A DNA stretch of 26,259 nt from Paraphysomonas bandaiensis (lineage: Eukaryota > Protista > Chrysophyceae): the NCBI GenBank assembly GCA_965644295.1, contig CBFFRP010000511.1:1-26259 (forward strand). Reading direction: 5' to 3'. This document shows positions 1 through 8,519 of the stretch, in pieces. Made by a program: the position numbers and the translations under genes. Each line of letters opens with the position of its first letter. Position 1 is the first letter of the stretch. Under the pieces are notes generated by a model. It was not told the origin of the DNA. It made no database searches and saw nothing but the letters and a program-made list of their open reading frames with translations.

Positions 1-1
1 C

Positions 2-163
2 CCGTACTTCACCTTCTTCCGGAAAGACCGCGGAATCTCCAGAATAGACCACATTCTACATACACCTCTTCCCACATACATACAAATTTCTGGCAACGGG
101 TGCTACACCTCGGACGCCATCACGGCAGCAACCTTTGACCACAGACCGGTCTGGACCGACCTC
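2..163 (+). pseudogene. C-terminal part of apurinic-type endonuclease (APE) domain of LINE A
   Basis: Frame +2 (absent from ORF track) reads PYFTFFRKDRGISRIDHILH...TFDHRPVWTDL, matching APE motifs SRID-IL and (S)DH-PV. Confidence 0.85.
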
Positions 164-1250
164 TGCATCAGTGGAACAGGACCCCCCCTGCCGAAGGAGC
201 AACACCTTCAGATCCCGCCAAGGCTTAACATCAATCCCGCCGATCAGGAAATGGTGGAGGAAAATACCAACAGCATCTCAGCACACATCATCAATCCCTC
301 CCGGAGCCCTCGGCACACCCACACCCTGCCGACCGCGCCGCCACCAAACTAGCACTAATCCATCGCATCACCATTGACGCGGCTCACGACACATGTAGCG
401 CAGATAGAACGAAGAAAACACGCATTCACCACCTCTGCCAACGCAAACGTTCCCGCTTCAAAGACGGCTTTTCTGCGGAAATGAGAGTTATTCAAACAGC
501 GCTCCACTTAGTCATCTACCTAAAGAGAAAGTTTTTCAACAGAGCCGGCTATCTCCACCCTCATGTAGATGACACACGTCTCTACAGTCTTACACGAAGA
601 GGCCTCCAGCGGTGGGAGGTCACCATAGCCGCCCTGGACCACGCTTCAGAGGACCCATCCCACCCACCCACCACCATCATCAAGCCTGCCGTGGATCCAC
701 GCCAGATGCTGACATGGACTGTTGCGACCATCAATAGCACACAGTTTGACACCCTACGGGATAACCTTACCCGAATGCTCCAAGGAAGAGCAAGAACAGA
801 AATGCGGAAGCGTATGACCCACAGGACCCACACCATCCAAGCCCACCTGGAACTCCAACACATCGGAAAAGTCCTTCAGACAATAGGATTGAAGCGCAAA
901 CAGACGCCACCCCTCACCCGACTCACCCTAGAGGACGGAGCCACCCTAACCCTCCCCATAGACATACAGGACGAGCTGAACAAACATTTCACAGCCCACC
1001 ACTCCATCCCATCCGGACTTGATCCAGTCGCCCACAAGCTACATCATGACGACACCTGGTGGCACGAGCTCGCAGCTGGCGCCGACATGAACACACCCTT
1101 GCATCCACATTCCGCCATTCCCGATCACCACCAGCTTGGCCTACGAAACTTATGCAAAACAAAGGTTACCTCCGCCACAGCTAAAATGATCCAAAAGACG
1201 CTCTACAACAGCAGATCACAATAAGCGAGTTCCACTCCACCCTGGACGGG

Positions 1251-2696
1251 ATGGCCAAGGATAAAGCGCCCGGACCATCCATGGTCACCACCAACATGAT
1301 AAAGAAATGGACCCCTGAAATAAAGATTGAAGTCCTAGGCCTCCTCCAAACCCTCTGGACCCATCGCCATGTGCCACGCTGGTGGAGAGACAGAGTCATG
1401 ACGCCACTTCTTAAAAAACCAGGACACACGTCTCTAAAGAACCTCCGACCGATAGGGCTCCTAGAGGTTTTGCGCAAACTAATGACCCGTATCATCACCC
1501 ACCGGCTCCTCCACATATGGGAAGAAGATGAAGTACTGCACCCTGCGCAACACGGCTATCGATGGCGACACGGCACGGACACGGCCATTCTACGAGTCCT
1601 CGCGGCCACGGAACTGGCCAAACTTACCGGGCATGTGAAACTCTGCACCTTCTGGGATTTTCAAAAGGCCTTCGACTCCATCGCACCCAATCTTCTCAAA
1701 TTAGCATGGGCACGACTTGGTGTCCCCGATGACACTATCAAATGGCTAAGCGATCTCGACGATGGGGGTCGCACCTTCATCTGGACCCCACACATGGCCG
1801 ACAACATCGATCCCCGATCACTCGAAGAACTGCTTGGCTCAGATGACTCCTTTATCCAGCACCCTGATATGGGATTCTCCGCGGAGAGAGGGGTCACACA
1901 AGGTGGAACTGAATCCACAGTTGCATGGATTGTCATCTTTGACATGATCCTATGCTGGTCTGACCTACATGATGATAGCCAAGATGAGGCGTACGCAGAT
2001 GACCTCTCCCAAATCACAACTTCCATTGAGGCCACTCAGCTCAAGGCCGACAAACTCTCATCCTTCTGCGCCTTCTCCGGAATGCAACTAAACATCCCCA
2101 AAACTGAATGCATTGCCCTGGGAGCCCCATTTGCGGTGACGGCCATGTTAGAATCAAACCCACACAACATCATAAGAGACTGGAACTGGTGCCCACACCC
2201 CATCCCCATCCAAACAACCACCAATTCCACCAAGTATCTCGGCGTACAACTTCCATTCTCCGTAAAGGACACTGACTCCCACAGCTGGTGCACCACCTAC
2301 ATAGCCACATCCACGGCAGTTCTACGATCCAAATGCGCGACACCTGACTGCAAGCTACTCGTCCTCAACACACAAATACTCCCGACCCTACTATACAAGG
2401 CCACCAAAGCATCCTGGACATATGCTAAATACATCGCCATACACAAACTACTCGCGCAGGCCGCTAGGAAAATACTCCGTCTCCCCCCTGGATATCCCAC
2501 GGATCTTATCTACCTTCCCCCGAAATACAAAGAGCTTGGACTGCGCAAATTTTCAACCCACGCTCAGACTCAGAAATGGCATACTCTTCAACGAGCCCTC
2601 ACACTCGGAGGACAGCCCAGAGTGCGGCCATATCGCTCTTGCAACGCTACGAGCACCCCCCCCAGCAGGACGTTGACACGTACATCACCAGTCTAA
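1251..2696 (+). pseudogene. LINE reverse transcriptase domain (frameshifted fragment of ORF2)
   Basis: KAPGP, NLRPIGLLE, QHGYR, DFQKAFDSI, GVTQGG, YADD, LNIPKT and KYLGV motifs. The upstream ORF 481-1224 is the APE-RT linker in another frame. Confidence 0.93.
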
Positions 2697-3334
2697 TACA
2701 ATGGGGGCAACAACTACGCATCAGAATACAACCTCCCTCCCCAGCTACGCCACAATTCCGAGCTACTATTGACAAAGTCCAATCACAGCTACAACTGTAC
2801 AATGATCACAAATATGCTTACAAAGCCATCTTCACGGATGGATCCTTCACACGCACACACCTCACCCCTGCTCACCTACTCGGCAACACCCACACACAGC
2901 CCAATTCTCACGACGGAGGAGCTGCAATTGTATGGCTCCCGCCCAAGAACACCTGGGGTCACAGACAAACCAAAATCCTACTACTTACGGCACCACAGCA
3001 CACAGCGCCTGGCCTCAACGCATACACCTACGAAACCCTTGCAATATCAGCAGCACTGACATTCTCCAATGTACTCCACTCTTCCGTGCCAATCTGGACT
3101 GACTGCCAGGCGGTACAGACGCGGACCAAAGAGGCCCTCTCACACAGACGGCGCGCCCTCGGAACAAAGCCCCAGGGAATATTTTACGAATGCCTCGCCA
3201 CCACAGCTCTTAAACAGCGTCCAATAAAATGGACGCGCTCGCACCCCGAACGTAGAACACAAGTTCAAAGCAACTGGACCTACTACACTGACCACGGCAT
3301 TTATATAGCTGACGCCGCCGCCAGCGGCGATTAG
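2576..3334 (+). pseudogene. RNase H domain of LINE A ORF2 (frameshifted fragment)
   Basis: IFTDGS, GGAAIV, NAYTYETLAI, IWTDCQ, WTRSHPE and IADAAA give the RNase HI catalytic pattern D-E-D-H-D. Confidence 0.85.
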
Positions 3335-3715
3335 AAGACACTAGACAAAGTGCTCGGAGCCTCCAACTACAGTGTTGTCACAACTGTGACGCTACGCACA
3401 TACTGGAAGAATTCTTCACCACGGGTCAATGGCACTGGCGTAGATACGATACACACCTCCTCACAGACCTCGGTCCTATGCTAGGAGACGTTACAGATCT
3501 CCACCACACCAGTGGGACCTCCATCAATACACCTTCCGACGAGATAGCATGTATGCTGCACAAACGCAACGAGACCCGCAGTATTGGACACGCAGCGGAA
3601 CAAGGCTCCCACACAAGCTCCATCCCCTCCGTACCCATAACTCCTCCAAACACTACATCTCCCTCTCGCAGAGCGTATACGCGAGACGGCATACGTATGG
3701 GACAAATCCTTTGCA

Positions 3716-4495
3716 ATGGGTAGAAACCGAGCCAAAGGAAAATCCGGACATGATCGCACAACGGCTTCCACATGCGCAGACTGTGCACACCCCACAGACA
3801 ACATGGCGCACATGCTTCTCACCTGCACTCACCCTGACATCTTTCACATACGTGAAGATGTCCACCAAGCACACCACAATAAGCTTGACAAACTTCGCAC
3901 ACGCACGCTCCCCCATCCCTGGTTTTACACCGCCATAACCAAACTAGCCAAAGCCGCATGGAACCCAACCACCCCCCAGGTTGAGCGCTACTGGACCGGC
4001 CACATTACTGCCACACAATTGGCCGACACATTCGGACGTCACATATCCAACTCACTGCTCGAACATCAGTTCCACGCCCTCGAAAAATCCATCGCCTCTA
4101 TCCTACTCCCCCTATATGATGGAGGGCTCCGCATGCTTCGCAATAGGGGATTCAGACACCACAACGCAGACACGGCACCGGCGACACCGGTCACGACACA
4201 TTCACAGCAACGCCAGTCCCAAGATACTCACCCGACACCAAAAATACTCCAACTACTCCAGGCGACATCCACTCCAAGAACTACACTCTCTGCAAGAGCC
4301 CAGACCCGACAGAGGCAAGCGCAACCACTCCGGAAACAACTCCTCCTTACTTGTGGCCGAAACCCCACCTCAACAACCAGCACCATCTCCACCACCGACT
4401 TGCACTCTCATATACATCTCGCCTCACCCACCCCCCACATAATCCATGGCACAGGCCCGCCAGACACATTGCCCAAAGGTAGACCCCCCGACTAA
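3716..4495 (+). pseudogene. C-terminal zinc-knuckle region and low-complexity tail of LINE A ORF2, ending PKGRPPD-stop
   Basis: CADC-x8-H-x4-C pattern. Clear homology to ORF 4874-5710 (GRNRAK, AWNP..PQVER.WTG). Confidence 0.8.
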
Positions 4496-4506
4496 CCTCA
4501 CTACAA

Positions 4507-4551
4507 GGGACGGTTGCACCATGGTGCTCGCAGCGATGCACAAGCAGTCCC
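4507..4551 (+). other. Conserved structured RNA motif in LINE 3' UTR (copy A)
   Basis: GGGAC...GTCCC outer stem enclosing GCAC-CATG-GTGC and GCA-GCGA-TGC hairpins; homologous to 11137, 20711 and 25034. Confidence 0.75.
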
Positions 4552-4739
4552 GAGACGGTTGCCCGCCACTAGTAGTATATAGCAAATCTAGTTATTAGCT
4601 AGTCTATAGACACAAACTAGTTTCTGTACGCAACCGTACTCATGTAATAATCAGACTTTCATATATCCCCATATAGTTAATTCTAGTAGTGGTTTCCCAG
4701 CCATAAATAGCTCGTTTTCTACTTCCAGAAATAATCATA

Positions 4740-5707
4740 TAGAAATCAACGGACGCTGGAGGCCTACACAGCTCACCGAGACCTGACCGGGCTCCTGAAT
4801 ACTGGAAAGACAGCGGAGCACTACTTCCGCGCAAACTGGCGCAAGCAGATGGTGGACCCTCAAAGGACAAAAAGTGAGTTCCCACCTGCGCCAGCGAGAA
4901 CTCAATGCAGCACTGACATGTTGGGACAAATCCTACAGCATAGGAAGAAACCGGGCGAAAACCAAACACGGACTCGACATGGCTAAAGCCGCATGTTCTG
5001 ACTGCGGATTTAGACTAGACTCACTCAAGCATATGTGTCTAGACTGTCCAAATGACAACATAATGCAGATAAGGGAGTCTGCATTTCACAGCCACAAAAA
5101 CGCGCTTCTAGAAGAAATGAGAAATCCGGAACTACCCCAATGGATCACCACTGTACTCCAGCGACTCTCCAGCAGGGCCTGGAACCCTTCCGTGCCACAG
5201 GTGGAAAGATTCTGGACGGGTACCATCACAACTACTCAGCTTGAAATGGTTTTTGGAGATCACATCCATGAGTCACTGACATCCCAAGGACTGCGCAGCA
5301 TCAAATCAGCGATCATCAAATTACTTCTACCGCTTTTCGCTGCAGCAAAACTAATGATCCAAGATCGAGGTAGAAGATACGTTACCCTACAGAAAGGTCC
5401 CCCAAGGCTACTACCGCGGCCGCATCCAAAACATAGACAGAAACGAAAACACCCAAGGGTGCTAAGATTACTAGGAATCCACAGACGAACCGAGACTAGA
5501 ACACCGCCCACCGCACCTATGAACCTTACCAACCATACGCAAAGGACCATAGCACCGGACCGTATGACACCAACAGGCCCTAGACAACGGCGACGACGTC
5601 TCCGGCAACTCCACCTATGCCCAACGCCCAGACGGTGCATGGCGACACCGCCACATTCCACCACACCATCAACCTCTCAGTGCACACATCTAGTGCTCGG
5701 TACGCTC
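4740..5707 (+). mobile_element. 5'-truncated LINE of a related family (copy B), left part, interrupted by the copia insertion
   Basis: Encodes PEYWKDSGALLPRKL...GRNRAK...CSDC-x8-H-x4-C...AWNPSVPQVERFWTG, homologous to LINE A 3550-4150. The stop at 5710 is supplied by the LTR. 5' boundary is approximate. Confidence 0.85.
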
Positions 5708-6000
5708 TAACAGAAGTTGACATTATTTGCTAAGGTTTTCTATTCTCAACTGATAAGATGAAATTATAAACATTACATGATAAAGAACCTAAGTTGTGTT
5801 CGATGTGTTCAACACCATTCATTTACTACTATAGTGTACAAACCACCCACTCAGTGATCGTATCCTGTATAGTCATCCACTTCTACTTCAGTTTCATACT
5901 ACATAATATAATGTACTAATTACATATATATCTTTCGATCCTTGCATCTCACATAATACTGCACTCAATTGCAAGTATATAGAATCTTCAGATCTCAACA
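5708..6000 (-). repeat. 3' LTR of copia element
   Basis: Identical to 10708-11000 by visual comparison. On the minus strand it starts TGTTGAGA and ends TTCTGTTA. Confidence 0.97.
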
Positions 6001-6009
6001 CTCCCCCTC
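6001..6009 (-). other. Polypurine tract (GAGGGGGAG)
   Basis: Purine run directly abutting the TG of the 3' LTR on the minus strand. Confidence 0.93.
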
Positions 6010-6125
6010 AATTGAGTGTTGTACTTATGACGCCTCCCAGCTATTGAATGCCTGAGATAAAAAAATTCTTGACAGTAAAATAGACTCATCTCTAAGTCTA
6101 AACCTCTGTCTAAAAAACTCAGTAC

Positions 6126-8519
6126 CTACTTGCGCCTTCTTTTATCCCTTGGTCCCTCATTAATCACTTCAGTGGAACTCTTAACTTTCTCTCCAAGATT
6201 TCTCTTTCTCTGATCCATATATGATAAACCAACCAATGACTTTGTATAAATATCTGCTGCTTGTTGCGATGTATGCACATGCACTAACTTAATCGTATTG
6301 AACTGATTGGGATCCACGTGCTCTCTCACCATGTGATACTTAATCTCAATGTGCTTCGACTTCTTGTGAAACACTGGGTTTTCGGCCAAATCCTGGGCAC
6401 TCTGACTGTCGATGAAGAATGGTGTGGGTTTGATGAGCCTCAACTTAATCTCACCCGTCACCCCCCGAACCCATAGCACTTCTTGGAGACCCGAGTAAAT
6501 ACACTGATACTCAGACTGCATGCTTGACGTTGCCACTGTCGTCTGCAGTTTGGACTGCCAGGCTATAGGCCCTCCCGCTGCAAACCCAACGTACCCCGAC
6601 GTGGACTTCCTGGAGAGCTGATCTCCCGCCCAATCCGCGTCAGTAAACATATGGAAGTCGAACCGTCTACTCCCATATTGAATCCCTTTGTCAATAGAAC
6701 CACGAATATATTGCCATACATGTGTTAATAGCTTGCATACTTCAATATTCACCTTATTACTGAACCGAGACAGTACTCCCACTGCATAGGCAATATCCGG
6801 CCTCGTGTTCATCGATAGATATAGTAATGCACCTATCAGCGGCCGATATGGGAAGTTATCTACTATAAGCTGTTCCTCCTCGGTATGCTCATGCCGCGCC
6901 CCTTTTGCCACTAAATCCATTGCTTCCGCCGGTAGAGGACTCTTCCGTACCTTTCGCGGTGACCCAAGATACTTTTCAAACTTTTCTAAGATCTTAGCCG
7001 CATATACTGATTGGTCAAGACGAATATACTCTGGCGTTCTTGTGACTCGAACATTCAGAAAATGTTCCATCTCGCCCATATCCTTCATATCAAACCGGGC
7101 ACACAGTTGAGCTTTAATATCCTTCACTATGTTGACATCACGACCTAACACTAGGATATCATCCACATATATCGTTAATAATATCAATTCATCGCCCTTA
7201 TACTGATAATACAAACACGGGTCTAATACACATGGTTTAAAATGCATAGATCGTATGAATTTATCCAATGTTTTCCACCACGACCGCGGGGAACTCCGAA
7301 GCCCGTATAACGACTTCTTCAGCTTAAAGCAGTACCCCTCAGGCAGCTGAAAGTCCGGAGTTGCCTTCATATATACGTCCCCCTCTATATCTGCATATAG
7401 AAATGCGTTAGACACATCCAGTTGATGAATTACCATGTTCATCACGAAAGCTATGGTGATTAACAGTCGCACTGTTACCCCCTTAACAACGGGTGCGAAA
7501 TGGTTCGCCCAACCACTCGACTGCTGTCCACAACCGATTGCTACAAGACGAGCCTTATATCGGCGGACCTCTCCCTCCTTATCGTACTTCTTTCCATAGA
7601 CGTACTTGGAGTGCAGTGGGACGACTCCGTCCGGTATACGAGTCACCTCCATGGTATCTCGCTTCGCCAAACCCTCTCGCTCTACACGGCGAGCTCGTCT
7701 CCACTCCCTGTGCTCGGCACTCTCCAAGGACTCACGATGTGTCTGAGGCACTGTCGACTCTTCCGCTGACATCCACACTGAGTCTGCCTCCTGTAAAAGG
7801 TCACTCACATCACTCTCATCACTCAAATGATGGATTTGTCCTAACACCGACACATTCGTTACCGTCCTTGGAGTTCTTGCGCGTTTGCCGTGCGGATGAT
7901 TCTCGGCAGGGGTCCCTTCCCCCGAAGGTAATGCTGAGTCAGCCTGGGGCTGCACCTGCCCACTTTCCGACTGCTGTGGCACCACTCCGCTGATACCGCC
8001 GTCACGGTTGTCAGTAACTCTGGCCCTAACCACCCTCTGCGCAAGATCCTCTGTCATCTTCTTGATGTCAGCAATATGAATAGGAGTTTTATCCTCCACT
8101 TGAACCTGGTTACCAGTAACCAACGACCGGTATCCCACAATAAGTCCCTTCCTTATCACCACTCTGTTAGTCTTGTATAGCAGACCACCATCCTCATGGT
8201 GCTTTCCGATAAGATACTCAAACTCACCCGGTTGACGAGCCTCGGGATCTATAGCCACTTGAGCCTCCTCCAGCTCTCTATAATAATCCTGAGACCTCTC
8301 AGGTACCGATTCATCAAATAATACATGTACAGAGTGTACTACGGTGTCCCCCACTAGCACCTTGTATCCTTTTCGATCAGCTGGATACCCTATGAAATAA
8401 CCTGTCATTGCTTTGTCCTCCCAGTCCTTCCTCCTGTCGGCCTTGGGTGTTAGCACATATGCTTTGCACCCCCATTTCCGTAGCCACGATAGGCTGGGAA
8501 CGCTCCCCCTGGGACACAC
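6126..8519 (-). CDS. Copia pol: integrase C-terminus, reverse transcriptase and RNase H
   Basis: LRKWGCKAYV...GYFIGY, RYKARLVA, QLDVSNAFL, KSLYGLR, IYVDDIL, TRPDIAYAV, TDADWAG, KSKHIEIKYH. It continues the upstream ORF across a frameshift near 8505-8509. Confidence 0.95.
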   Translation of the reverse strand: MCPRGSVPSLSWLRKWGCKAYVLTPKADRRKDWEDKAMTGYFIGYPADRKGYKVLVGDTVVHSVHVLFDESVPERSQDYYRELEEAQVAIDPEARQPGEFEYLIGKHHEDGGLLYKTNRVVIRKGLIVGYRSLVTGNQVQVEDKTPIHIADIKKMTEDLAQRVVRARVTDNRDGGISGVVPQQSESGQVQPQADSALPSGEGTPAENHPHGKRARTPRTVTNVSVLGQIHHLSDESDVSDLLQEADSVWMSAEESTVPQTHRESLESAEHREWRRARRVEREGLAKRDTMEVTRIPDGVVPLHSKYVYGKKYDKEGEVRRYKARLVAIGCGQQSSGWANHFAPVVKGVTVRLLITIAFVMNMVIHQLDVSNAFLYADIEGDVYMKATPDFQLPEGYCFKLKKSLYGLRSSPRSWWKTLDKFIRSMHFKPCVLDPCLYYQYKGDELILLTIYVDDILVLGRDVNIVKDIKAQLCARFDMKDMGEMEHFLNVRVTRTPEYIRLDQSVYAAKILEKFEKYLGSPRKVRKSPLPAEAMDLVAKGARHEHTEEEQLIVDNFPYRPLIGALLYLSMNTRPDIAYAVGVLSRFSNKVNIEVCKLLTHVWQYIRGSIDKGIQYGSRRFDFHMFTDADWAGDQLSRKSTSGYVGFAAGGPIAWQSKLQTTVATSSMQSEYQCIYSGLQEVLWVRGVTGEIKLRLIKPTPFFIDSQSAQDLAENPVFHKKSKHIEIKYHMVREHVDPNQFNTIKLVHVHTSQQAADIYTKSLVGLSYMDQRKRNLGEKVKSSTEVINEGPRDKRRRK

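Larger units (their letters stand above)
1..4661 (+). mobile_element. Non-LTR retrotransposon (LINE, copy A), APE-RT-RNaseH-CCHC, 5' end outside window, several frameshifts
   Basis: Domains appear in order across shifted frames: APE motifs, RT (YADD), RNase H (FTDGS...E...TDC...SH...D) and a CxxC...H...C knuckle. Stop at 4495, then a 3' UTR ending TAATAATCAGACTTTCA that resembles three other copies in the window. Confidence 0.92.

Noticed and set aside
4500-4660. SECIS interpretation of the 3' UTR motif
   Set aside because: No conserved AUGA/GA quartet or apical AA in the four copies, and no conserved in-frame UGA.
582-5664. Numerous antisense and alternative-frame ORFs over the LINEs (and over copia and XPO1)
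   Set aside because: Shadow ORFs expected from strand-biased coding sequence; no recognisable motifs.
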